Of a DNA stretch of 28,233 nt, positions 17,049-27,325 are shown one piece after another. The translations under genes were made by a program, and so were the position numbers. The notes under the pieces were generated by a model, which was given only the letters and a program-made list of their open reading frames with translations, did no database searches and had not been told where the DNA came from. The DNA is from Deltaproteobacteria bacterium. Its GTDB lineage: Bacteria; Myxococcota_A; UBA9160; PR03. How positions within the stretch are numbered: position 1 is the first letter of the stretch; each line of letters opens with the position of its first letter. The stretch is taken from positions 1 through 28,233 of the forward strand of contig JAGSPS010000001.1 in NCBI GenBank assembly GCA_018262315.1, in the 5' to 3' direction.

Positions 17049-17468
17049 CTAACGATCCTTGGCTCCTGCGTCCTTCTTCTCGATCGTGTAGCCGCCGCCG
17101 AAGTTCGGCTTCACTTCCGTCTTCGATCCGCCCTCGGTCTCCACCGTATAGCCGCCGCCGAACTTGGGCTGCACCGTGGTGGTGGGGCCGTGCTCCTTCT
17201 CGACCGTGTAGCCGCCGCCGAACTTGGGTCGCACCGTCGTTGTTCCAGGGCTCTCGATTTCGTGGACGATCACCGGGTCGGGAAGCGGATCGCGGCGCTT
17301 CTTGCCCTCGAGATCGACGATCACGCCGGGCTGGGGCTTGCCCGCCTTGCCGTTTTCAATGGGGACGCCGACCACGACATCCGTCGTCTGGGCACGGGCC
17401 GCCGGAGTCGCCCCGAGACCCGCGAGCATCGCTGCGACGAGACCCGCACGGAGCACTAGCGCGCGCAT
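17049..17468 (-). CDS. Secreted hypothetical protein with three 20-aa PxFGGGYT repeats
   Basis: GGAGG RBS before ATG 17468. Signal peptide ends ATPAARA/Q. Repeats TTVRPKFGGGYTVE, TTVQPKFGGGYTVE and TEVKPNFGGGYTIE. Confidence 0.8.
   Translation of the reverse strand: MRALVLRAGLVAAMLAGLGATPAARAQTTDVVVGVPIENGKAGKPQPGVIVDLEGKKRRDPLPDPVIVHEIESPGTTTVRPKFGGGYTVEKEHGPTTTVQPKFGGGYTVETEGGSKTEVKPNFGGGYTIEKKDAGAKDR
17081..17240. repeat. Coding repeat with a 60-bp period (3 copies)
   Basis: TAGCCGCCGCCGAA starts at 17089, 17149 and 17209, exactly 60 bp apart. Confidence 0.92.
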
Positions 17469-17587
17469 CGAACACCTCCAAGGTTCTGGAGCGCGCACAG
17501 GATGGCGCGGATCGGGCGCGAGCGGCAGCCCCCATCCGGGCTCGGTTGCGGTCTTGCGCAGCCGTCCGTCATGCTCGCACCGCATCC

Positions 17588-18973
17588 ATGCGCAAGAACG
17601 CTCCTTCGCACCCCCCCCATCCCAGCGAGCCTGTTCGGCTGCTCGTCAGCGATATTGAAGGGCGCATCTATGACCATCCGGATCTGCTGCTCGCCGGCGT
17701 CCGCGGCGCGCGGGCCGAGGCGATCGCTGCGGAGGAGTTGATCCCGCTGCCACGCGGCAGCGACCTCTTCACGCTGCCCGGCCGCGCGCCGGTCGGGCTC
17801 GATCCGGCGAGCGGCGCGCCGCTCGCCGTGTCGCGTTGGGAAGGCGGCGAGGCGCGCGCGGTGGCGGCGTTCCTCGCGCCGGCGCACACGGCGGGTCATC
17901 ACGCGGCGTGGCGCACGCGACGAGGCGCACCGGCCTTGCCGCTCTACGCATACACGGCGGTCGGCTGGGGGGACGACCAGTACTGGACCAGTGCGTTCCG
18001 CTGCGACGACGACCGCCGTCAGGACCCGTGGCGCTTTTCGCAGCCGCGCATCGAAGCCGGCGTCGCGAAAATGAAGATCGAGCTGCCGCGCAATCGCGTC
18101 GTGCGGCAGCTCGAGCGCTGCGCACTCGAGTATGGCTGTCGCGCGGCGCAGAACTTCTTCCTCGGCCGTCACGAGGGGCCGCTGCCGGTGTCGATCGCGT
18201 GCAACGCCCAATGCGTCGGCTGTATCTCGCTGCAGCCGGACGGCGCCTTTCGCGCCAGTCACGACCGGCTCGGCATCGCACCGACGCCGCGTGAGGTGGC
18301 CGACGCCGCGCTTGCGCACTTCGCGCGCGTGCCGCGCGGCGTGGTGAGCTTCGGGCAGGGCTGCGAGGGCGAGCCGGCGCTCTTCGGCGCGATCCTCGTC
18401 GAAGCCACGCGCCGGATCCGTGCTGCGGGCGCGCGCGGCACGATCAATCTCAACACCAACGCCAGTCGCCCCGACGTGGTGCGCGCGCTCTGTGACGCCG
18501 GGCTCGACGCGATGCGCGCCAGCCTGAACTCGCCGCGCCCGAAGGTCTACGCCGCCTACTACAATCCGCGCGGCTACTCGTTCGCCGACGTCGAGGAGAG
18601 CATCTCGGTCGTCGTGCGCGCGGGCGGGCACGCTTCGCTCAACCTGCTCTGCTTCCCGGGCGTCACCGACACGGACGCCGAACTCGAAGCGCTCACTGGG
18701 CTGATCGAACGCACGGGCCTGCAGATGATTCAGCTGCGCAACCTGAATCTCGATCCCGAGCTGTATCGCAAGGTGTTGCCGCGCGGGACGCTCCGGCCCG
18801 GTCGGGGCATGCGCTGGTTGCGAGACGCGCTGGCGCGACGCTTCCCCGAAATGCGCTTCGGGTACTTCAATCCCGCCGTTCGCAAGCGCGCTTCGTTCGC
18901 GCGCGGCGAAGCGAAGGGTTCGGAGCCTCGCGCACTTCGCCGGGCCGACCGCGCGGTGGATTGCGTCAGCTAG
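17588..18973 (+). CDS. Radical SAM protein with a long N-terminal extension, function unknown
   Basis: CxxxCxxC motif IACNAQCVGC, GGE-like motif SFGQGCEGEP, INLNTNAS, and RASLNS. Start MRKNAP at ATG 17588. Confidence 0.85.
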   Translation: MRKNAPSHPPHPSEPVRLLVSDIEGRIYDHPDLLLAGVRGARAEAIAAEELIPLPRGSDLFTLPGRAPVGLDPASGAPLAVSRWEGGEARAVAAFLAPAHTAGHHAAWRTRRGAPALPLYAYTAVGWGDDQYWTSAFRCDDDRRQDPWRFSQPRIEAGVAKMKIELPRNRVVRQLERCALEYGCRAAQNFFLGRHEGPLPVSIACNAQCVGCISLQPDGAFRASHDRLGIAPTPREVADAALAHFARVPRGVVSFGQGCEGEPALFGAILVEATRRIRAAGARGTINLNTNASRPDVVRALCDAGLDAMRASLNSPRPKVYAAYYNPRGYSFADVEESISVVVRAGGHASLNLLCFPGVTDTDAELEALTGLIERTGLQMIQLRNLNLDPELYRKVLPRGTLRPGRGMRWLRDALARRFPEMRFGYFNPAVRKRASFARGEAKGSEPRALRRADRAVDCVS

Positions 18974-18982
18974 ATTGCCGCG

Positions 18983-19795
18983 ATGACGCGACTCCGCGTG
19001 CAGTTCATCCACGGTCTCGAGGGCTCGCCCGCGGGCAACAAGTCGCGCGCGCTGGCGGCGGAGTTCGAGGCCATGACGCCCGCGATGGACACGAGCAACT
19101 TCGATGCCTGCGTGGCGCTTCACGCCGAGACGGTTCGCCGCTTCGAGCCGGACGTGCTGGTCGGCTCCTCGTTTGGCGGCGCCGTCGCGCTGGCGCTGCT
19201 GCAGCGCGAGCAGTGGAGCGGGCCCACGCTGCTGCTCGCCCAGGCGGGGCTGCGGCAGGGGCTGCGCGCCAGGATTCCGCCGGGCGTGCTCGTCTGGCTG
19301 GTGCACGCGCGCGGCGACGACGTGGTGCCGATCGCCGACAGTCGCCGTCTCGCGCGCAGCGGATCGCCCGGCTTCGTGCGCCTCTTCGAGGTCGACGACG
19401 ACCACGCGCTGCACGCGTTCGTTGCGAGCGGGCGCCTGGTTTCGATGGTGCGCGAGCTGGCAGACGCCCGGAACGATGTTGCGGAGGGCGGAAGCGCACC
19501 CGGTCGCTTCGAACGCTTCGTCGCGCCGTTTTTCCAGGAACCGACGCTGTGGCCCGTACTCTTCGCGGCCGCCGCGCAAGCGGTGCTGATCGGCGCGGTC
19601 GTGTTGGCGTTCGGGCTGCGCTCGCACAACGTGTTCGCGCTCGGCGCGCTGGCGGTCGCGCTCGTGATGAGCGGCGACGTCTTGATCCGTCGCTGGCGCG
19701 CCGGCGTTTTCGGGCGAATTGGCTGGACCGTCGTCTCGCTATGGCTGCTCTCGGCGATCAGCGCGCTGCTCGCGACGCGCCTCGATCTCTTCTGA
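18983..19795 (+). CDS. Small alpha/beta hydrolase (YqiA/YcfP-like) fused to a C-terminal membrane domain
   Basis: FIHGLEGSP, nucleophile elbow VGSSFGG, DDVVP and DDHAL (complete Ser-Asp-His triad), then about three hydrophobic helices. Confidence 0.8.
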   Translation: MTRLRVQFIHGLEGSPAGNKSRALAAEFEAMTPAMDTSNFDACVALHAETVRRFEPDVLVGSSFGGAVALALLQREQWSGPTLLLAQAGLRQGLRARIPPGVLVWLVHARGDDVVPIADSRRLARSGSPGFVRLFEVDDDHALHAFVASGRLVSMVRELADARNDVAEGGSAPGRFERFVAPFFQEPTLWPVLFAAAAQAVLIGAVVLAFGLRSHNVFALGALAVALVMSGDVLIRRWRAGVFGRIGWTVVSLWLLSAISALLATRLDLF

Positions 19796-20841
19796 TGCGG
19801 GGGCCAGGCCGGAGCGCAGCGGCGCTGTTGCTCGTCGCCGCGTACGGCCTTGGTGCGTCGCGCGGATCCGCGCAGGCGCTGCCCGAAGGCTTCCTGCTCG
19901 ACGCTCCGGGTCTGCGCGTGCTCGCGCCAGCGGATCTCGCTGCACAGCCGCCGCGATTTCCCTTCCCGGTCGGCGAGCGACTCGAGTACGCGGTCTCCTG
20001 GTTCGGCGTGCCGGCAGGCGCCGTCGTGATCGAAGTGGCGCGCTTCGTCGAAGCCGAGGGCGCGCGCTACGCGCACGTCGTCGCGACCATACGCACCAAC
20101 AAGCTCTTCTCGGCCGTCTACGAGGTGGACGACCGCAGCGAGGCGTGGATCGATCTCGACCGCTTCGTCACGGTGCGCACGCGCGCCGTCGAGAAGCACG
20201 GGCCCAAGCTCTACGACGAGACGGTCCACTTCGACGCCGCGACACACTTCCTGCACGCCCGGCTCGACAAGCTCCACAAGCGGCAGCGCCGCGACCTCGT
20301 CTTCGATTTCGGTCCCTTCGCCTACGACACTTCGGACCTCGTCTACCTGCTGCGCGCGCTGCCGCTGGCCGAGGGCTATGCGGTCGGCGTTCCCACCTAC
20401 GCCAACCACAAGGTGTTCGAGTTCCGCATCGAGGTGGGTGCGCCGAAGATCGTGTCGAGCAAGGCTTTCGGCACGCAGCTCGCACTCGCGGTTCGGCCCT
20501 CCACGCGGCTCGACGGCAAGCTCTACGCCGGCGGCGAGGGCGTCGTGTGGGTGAGTGGTCCGGCGCGCGTGCCGGTGCGACTCGACGGCTGGATCCGTAC
20601 CGCGCAGAGCAGCTTCCTGGTGCAGGGTCTGCGCGCCGTCCTCACGCGCTACGTCGCGAGCGCCCCGGGGTGGACTCCCGTGCGCGAGCCGGTGGTGGAA
20701 CCCATCACTGCGATTCCGCCAACGCAGGACGGCGTCCCACACTGGGATCCTCCCCCGGCCGTGCGCGCGGCCCGGGCCGCCTCCGGTGTCGCGCCGCACG
20801 ACACGACGCAATCACTTCCCACCGAGATCCTGCCCCGTTAG
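19795..20841 (+). CDS. DUF3108-like secreted/outer-membrane protein
   Basis: ATG overlaps the upstream TGA (TGATG). Signal peptide present. GERLEYAVSWFGVPAG and YDTSDLVYLLR resemble the DUF3108 pattern. Confidence 0.7.
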   Translation: MRGPGRSAAALLLVAAYGLGASRGSAQALPEGFLLDAPGLRVLAPADLAAQPPRFPFPVGERLEYAVSWFGVPAGAVVIEVARFVEAEGARYAHVVATIRTNKLFSAVYEVDDRSEAWIDLDRFVTVRTRAVEKHGPKLYDETVHFDAATHFLHARLDKLHKRQRRDLVFDFGPFAYDTSDLVYLLRALPLAEGYAVGVPTYANHKVFEFRIEVGAPKIVSSKAFGTQLALAVRPSTRLDGKLYAGGEGVVWVSGPARVPVRLDGWIRTAQSSFLVQGLRAVLTRYVASAPGWTPVREPVVEPITAIPPTQDGVPHWDPPPAVRAARAASGVAPHDTTQSLPTEILPR

Positions 20842-23058
20842 GTGGTATGCTGGCCGGCCGTGCTCGAAGTCACGCTCATTCTCCTCCTCACGCTCTTCGT
20901 CGTGTTCGCGATGCGGCTGCTGCGGAACACAGGGCCGGTTTCGCACTGGGTGACGGCCTGGCTGGCGGCCGTCATCGGCGGCGTGATTCCGTTCGAAATG
21001 CCGACAGTCCCGCATGTCGAGCTGCTCGCGCAGCCGTTCGGACCACTCTATGCGGCGTTGCTGCTGTCCGGTACGCTGGCGCTCGCGCAGAAGCCGATCC
21101 CGCGGTGGTGGCTGCCGGGTGCGCTGGCGTTCGGACTGCTGCGCGTGGCCATGGCGCTGCGCTTCGGCGCGCAGGCCGGGTACGCAATCGGACTCCTCTT
21201 TGGGCCGGCCGCCGTTTTCGCCGCCGTGATCGTCGCGTTTCGCATGGCGCGGAGCGGCGAGTCGGGTCTCGCGGAGCGGCTACTCGCACCGGCGCTGGCG
21301 GTGCTCGCCGTCACGAGCGCCGTGCATCTCTGGTGGCTCACGGCGGGTCGCCCGGTGCTGCAACTCGTCCCGCTCTGGCTCGCGGTTGCGCCGCTGGTGC
21401 TCGCCATCCAGATCCAGGCCACCGGCGACCGGCTGCGCCGCGCGCTGCGTCGCGAGCTCGAGGCACGCGTCGCGGCGCGCACGCGCGAACTGGCTGCGAG
21501 CGAGGAGCGCTACCGCATCATCTCCGAACTCGCGTCCGACTTCGCCTTCAAGTTGCGCATCGACCGTAACGGGTTGCTCACGCGCGAGTGGACGGCGGGG
21601 GCTTTCGAGACCACGCTCGGTTGGCGCCGCGAGGACATCGACGGCCACGGTTGGCTCCGCCTGCTCGAACCCGGCGCGCGCGAACAGTTGAGCGCGGAGT
21701 ACCAGAGCATCCAGCCCTGGCAGCCGGTGGTGGTCGAGCGCCGCCTCGTCGGGAAGGACGGCCAGCCGCGCTGGATCCAGTTGCGGCTCGCACGAGTGGA
21801 GCTGGATCAGCAGGGCAGCGTCGAGGTGATTGGTTCCGCGCGTGACGTCACCGAGCTGACGCGTGCCGAACAGGAGAGCGAGCGGCTGGCGCGGCAAGTC
21901 GAACGAGCCCAGCGGCTGGAGAGCCTCGGCATTCTCGCGGGCGGCATCGCGCACGACTTCAACAATCTGCTCACGGTGATCCGCGGAAGCGCACGGCTCG
22001 CGCTCGACGCGCTACCGGCCGATGCGCCGGCGCGACCGCGCGTAGCGCGCATCGCCGAGGCCGCGCAGCACGCTGCGTCGCTCACCGCGCAGATGCTCGC
22101 CTACGCGGGGAAGTCGTCGCCGAAGCGAAGCCCTCTCGATCTCGGCGTGCTGGTGGCATCGATGGCCGATCTGCTCCGCGCGTCGCTGCCGGAGAGCTGC
22201 GAGTTGGTCGTCGAGCGCGGCAGCGACCTGCTCGCGATCGAGGCCGACGAAAGCGGCATGCAGCAGGTGCTCTTGAACCTCGTGCTCAACGCCTCCGAGG
22301 CGCAGGACGGCGCGATCATGCGCATCGTCGTGCGCACCGCCGTGGTGCAGATCTCGCGCGAGGAACTCCGCGATGCGTTCGGCAACGCAGACGTCGCGCC
22401 CGGCGACGTCGTCGAACTCAGTGTGAGCGACGACGGCCGCGGAATGGACGCCGCCACCGCTGCACGCATCTTCGAACCGTTCTTCAGCACCAAGTTCTCG
22501 GGACGCGGGCTCGGCATGGCGGCGGTGCTCGGCATCGTGCAGGCGCATCGCGGTGCGATCTGCGTCGAGAGCGAGGTGGGGCGCGGCACGCGCGTGCGGG
22601 CGCTGTTCCCGCCGAGCCCGCGACGTCCCGAGGCGATCCCGACGCGGCGCGCACCGGCGGCGGCCGCGAACGGCGGAACCGTGCTGCTCGTCGACGATGA
22701 CGAGGGCATTCTCGAAGTGACGGGCGCGGTGGTGGCGCGCGCGGGCTTTCGCGTGCTCACCGCACGGGGGGGTCGCGAGGCGCTCGATCGCCTGCGCGAA
22801 GCGGGTGTCGACGGCGTCGACGCAGTCGTGCTCGATCTCGCGATGCCCGACATGAGCGGCGAGGAAACCTTCCTGCGCCTGCGCGAACTCCGCGGCGACC
22901 TGCCCGTGATCCTCGTCACCGGCTACGACGCCGCCTCGCTCGCCGATCGCTTCGCCGCCCGCGGTCTCGCCGCGTTCCTCCACAAACCCTGGGAACCCGA
23001 AGACCTGATCGCCACGCTCCGCAAAGTCGTTGACGTGGGGACGTTCCTGGGTCGTTGA
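20842..23058 (+). CDS. Hybrid sensor histidine kinase/response regulator (multi-TM, PAS, HisKA, HATPase, REC)
   Basis: H-box AGGIAHDFNNLL, N-box QVLLNLVLNA, DDGRGM, FEPFFSTK and GRGLG. Receiver VLLVDDD...VLDLAMPDMSG...VTG...KP. The start could instead be GTG 20860. Confidence 0.93.
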   Translation: MVCWPAVLEVTLILLLTLFVVFAMRLLRNTGPVSHWVTAWLAAVIGGVIPFEMPTVPHVELLAQPFGPLYAALLLSGTLALAQKPIPRWWLPGALAFGLLRVAMALRFGAQAGYAIGLLFGPAAVFAAVIVAFRMARSGESGLAERLLAPALAVLAVTSAVHLWWLTAGRPVLQLVPLWLAVAPLVLAIQIQATGDRLRRALRRELEARVAARTRELAASEERYRIISELASDFAFKLRIDRNGLLTREWTAGAFETTLGWRREDIDGHGWLRLLEPGAREQLSAEYQSIQPWQPVVVERRLVGKDGQPRWIQLRLARVELDQQGSVEVIGSARDVTELTRAEQESERLARQVERAQRLESLGILAGGIAHDFNNLLTVIRGSARLALDALPADAPARPRVARIAEAAQHAASLTAQMLAYAGKSSPKRSPLDLGVLVASMADLLRASLPESCELVVERGSDLLAIEADESGMQQVLLNLVLNASEAQDGAIMRIVVRTAVVQISREELRDAFGNADVAPGDVVELSVSDDGRGMDAATAARIFEPFFSTKFSGRGLGMAAVLGIVQAHRGAICVESEVGRGTRVRALFPPSPRRPEAIPTRRAPAAAANGGTVLLVDDDEGILEVTGAVVARAGFRVLTARGGREALDRLREAGVDGVDAVVLDLAMPDMSGEETFLRLRELRGDLPVILVTGYDAASLADRFAARGLAAFLHKPWEPEDLIATLRKVVDVGTFLGR

Positions 23059-23230
23059 CTTAGTTGACTTCAGGAACGTCCCCAAGGCAACATGCGCGCC
23101 AGGTCGATTGCACGGTGGGAGCTCCCGACCGGGTCGAATCCTGCTGCGACGCGGGCGTCCCGAAGACGCAGCAGGAGCGCGCCTGGACCTCGCCGATCTG
23201 GTTCTCGCCTCGGAGCGCCGCAGACTCGCC

Positions 23231-23908
23231 GTGAAGGTCGCCGATTCGCCGCAGGCCCGATCGTCCACGCGACTCGCGCAACCGCCCGCGACCCGCACGA
23301 ACTCCGCTTCGCGCGCGGTTTCCACGATCTTCGGCTTCTGCGCGGCGGCGGCGCTCGGCGCGGCGCTCGCCGCGCTCTACGGACACAGCTCTGGTTCCGC
23401 GCCCGACGAGCGATGGCAGCTCGCGGCGCGTTACACCGCGCGCTTCTCGTTCTCGATCTTTCTGCCCGTCTTCGTCGCGAGTGCCTGGAACCGGCTCGCG
23501 CCGGGCCGTGTCTCGCGTTTCCTCGTGCGACGCCGGCGCGCACTCGGGCTCGCGTTCGCCACCGCGCACACCGTGCACCTCGTCGCGCTCGTCACCTACA
23601 ACGTCGTCGCCGGGACGCGTCCCGACGTGGCGACGCTCGTCGGGGGTGGCGGCGCCTACCTGATACTGTTCGCGATGGCCGCGACGTCGAACGATGCGTC
23701 CGTGCGCCGTCTCGGGCGCAACTGGCTGCGCCTCCACAAGCTCGGCGTGTACTGGCTCTGGTTCGTGTTCGCCTTGAGCTACGCGGGGCGCACCTTCGGT
23801 GGCAATCCCGGGTTTGCGCCGTTGTTCGCGGCGGCGCTCGCAGCGCTCGCGCTGCGCGTCGCGGCCGCACGGAAGCACCGCCCGCGGCCCGGCCGATCCA
23901 CGCCGTAG
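23231..23908 (+). CDS. Ferric reductase-like transmembrane (MsrQ-like) protein; start uncertain
   Basis: RRRALGLAFATAHTVH, AMAATSNDASVRRLGRNWLRLHKLGVY and several TM helices with conserved His. No clear RBS. Confidence 0.72.
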   Translation: MKVADSPQARSSTRLAQPPATRTNSASRAVSTIFGFCAAAALGAALAALYGHSSGSAPDERWQLAARYTARFSFSIFLPVFVASAWNRLAPGRVSRFLVRRRRALGLAFATAHTVHLVALVTYNVVAGTRPDVATLVGGGGAYLILFAMAATSNDASVRRLGRNWLRLHKLGVYWLWFVFALSYAGRTFGGNPGFAPLFAAALAALALRVAAARKHRPRPGRSTP

Positions 23909-24024
23909 GCGCCGCGCTCGCTTTCCAGGCACCTCTGCGCGGCAGTCGGGCAGCGATCGGCGCAATTTTCAGCAGATCGTGCGGAAACAGGCGCAACCCG
24001 GCTCGATTGCCTACACGCGCGCGG

Positions 24025-24040
24025 CGGCACGCGCATTGCT
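24025..24040 (+). promoter_or_regulatory. Sigma-54 (-24/-12) promoter of amtB-glnK
   Basis: CGGCACGCGCATTGCT has GG at 24026-27 and GC exactly 10 nt later, matching TGGCAC-N5-TTGCW at all but the first base. It ends 40 bp upstream of the amtB start. Confidence 0.8.
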
Positions 24041-24080
24041 CTTGGTCGTTCACGCGGGACGCGATCCCGGGGAGGAACCC

Positions 24081-26017
<1,937 letters not shown>

Positions 26018-26089
26018 CCGCGGCCGCGGACGGCCGCGCGCCAACACGGGTCAGGGGGATTCGAGTGGAAGCGGCGGAGACGGAGGGGG

Positions 26090-27001
26090 CTACTCGACTC
26101 CGAAGCTGGCGAGCGCCGAGCGGACTTCGCCGTGGACCCGGACCTCGTTGCGCTGGGCGTCTTCCGGCCTGGCGTCGAGGACCGGCTTCAAGCGCCCATC
26201 CAGCCACAGCGTGAGTGCGTCGCCCTCGAAGAAATAGCCGCCGGAGGTGGCGCGCACCCAGAACAGCCGGCCGTCGCGGAAGTAGTAGGACGACGTGGCC
26301 GCGATGCGGCCCGCCTGCGACGCTTCGGTCACCGTCAGCTTCACCGGCGCGTCGTCGCGAAGCCAGAGCCGCAGCCGCCGCGGCTCGAAACCCGCTCGCT
26401 CCGGACCGTCGGTGATCTCGCGCATGTCCAGGCGGTCGAGGCGCGCGTCGATCGCGCGCGCCTCGTCGCGCGCCGACTTCGCGCGCGGATCCAGGTTGGG
26501 CGGATCGGGATCGGCGTTGCGCGAGGAGACGGAGGGCGTGACCGCTCCGCCCGCGCTAACGCGTTCGAGCTGCACTTCCACCTGCGTCGGATTGCCCGCC
26601 GTGAGCACGCGCAGGTCGAAGGGACTCGCGAACCAGACGTCCTCGTCCACGCGGATCCGCACGCGCAGCGCGTAGCTGTGGCTCGACTGGATCGACGCGG
26701 GGTCGTAGCTGAGCGAGAACGCGATCGGCACCTGCCCGGGCTCGTCGATCAAGCGCTCGGCGACGAGCGGAGCGGTCACGTTCTCGTCGGTGGCGTCGAC
26801 GAGTTGCACCTCGACGCGTGCACTCGGCGGCAGCGCGATGCGCTCGCGGTAGGTGATGGTGCCCGCGAGGTTCGCCGGCACGCGCTTGGCCGCGGACTGC
26901 GCGCACGCGATCGCGAGCACGGCGAGCAATGCGGACGACAGGGCGACGGGGACCAGTCGGGCGATGGAGACGCGCACGGCGCCGCAGCTTAGCCGAGGCA
27001 C
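26090..27001 (-). CDS. YbaY-family lipoprotein with an extra C-terminal domain
   Basis: Lipobox AIAC. GTITYRERIALPPSARVEVQLVD and GQVPIAFSLSYDP are YbaY-like. An alternative GTG start lies at 26977. Confidence 0.8.
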   Translation of the reverse strand: MPRLSCGAVRVSIARLVPVALSSALLAVLAIACAQSAAKRVPANLAGTITYRERIALPPSARVEVQLVDATDENVTAPLVAERLIDEPGQVPIAFSLSYDPASIQSSHSYALRVRIRVDEDVWFASPFDLRVLTAGNPTQVEVQLERVSAGGAVTPSVSSRNADPDPPNLDPRAKSARDEARAIDARLDRLDMREITDGPERAGFEPRRLRLWLRDDAPVKLTVTEASQAGRIAATSSYYFRDGRLFWVRATSGGYFFEGDALTLWLDGRLKPVLDARPEDAQRNEVRVHGEVRSALASFGVE

Positions 27002-27004
27002 GCT

Positions 27005-27307
27005 CTAGCGCAGCGGACCGACGGAACTCACCTCGTAGCGGCGAATCGTCATGCTCCGCACGCCGAGCTCCGCGATGGCGGTCTGGAAGGCGGCCATGTG
27101 CGGCGATGCGAAATGCGCGTCGAGCGCCGCTTGCGACTCCCACTCCTCGAAGATCCGGAAGCGGCCGGGGTCGCCGAGGTCTCCCGAGAACACGTATTGC
27201 GCGCAGCCGGCTTCCTTGCGGGTTTCTTCCGCCATCCGCAACACGGTGGCAATCGCCGCCGCGCGCCTGGCGGGGTCGATCGCGATCTCTCCGGCGATGA
27301 CGAGCAT
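27005..27307 (-). CDS. Antibiotic biosynthesis monooxygenase (ABM) / putative quinol monooxygenase
   Basis: GGAGG RBS, 100 aa, ETRKEAGCAQYVF and FRIFEEWESQAALDAHFASPH. Confidence 0.88.
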   Translation of the reverse strand: MLVIAGEIAIDPARRAAAIATVLRMAEETRKEAGCAQYVFSGDLGDPGRFRIFEEWESQAALDAHFASPHMAAFQTAIAELGVRSMTIRRYEVSSVGPLR

Positions 27308-27325
27308 GAAGCCTCCGATGACGCC

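Noticed and set aside
17476-17557. Sigma-54-like GG-N10-GC matches and a 5-bp SD-occluding stem in the divergent spacer
   Set aside because: Each match lacks either the TGGCAC or the TTGC half, and the stem is too short to distinguish from chance.
23060-23145. tRNA-Sec-like fragments (GACTTCAG, GGGTCGAATCC)
   Set aside because: No acceptor stem or cloverleaf can be built, and the spacing is wrong.
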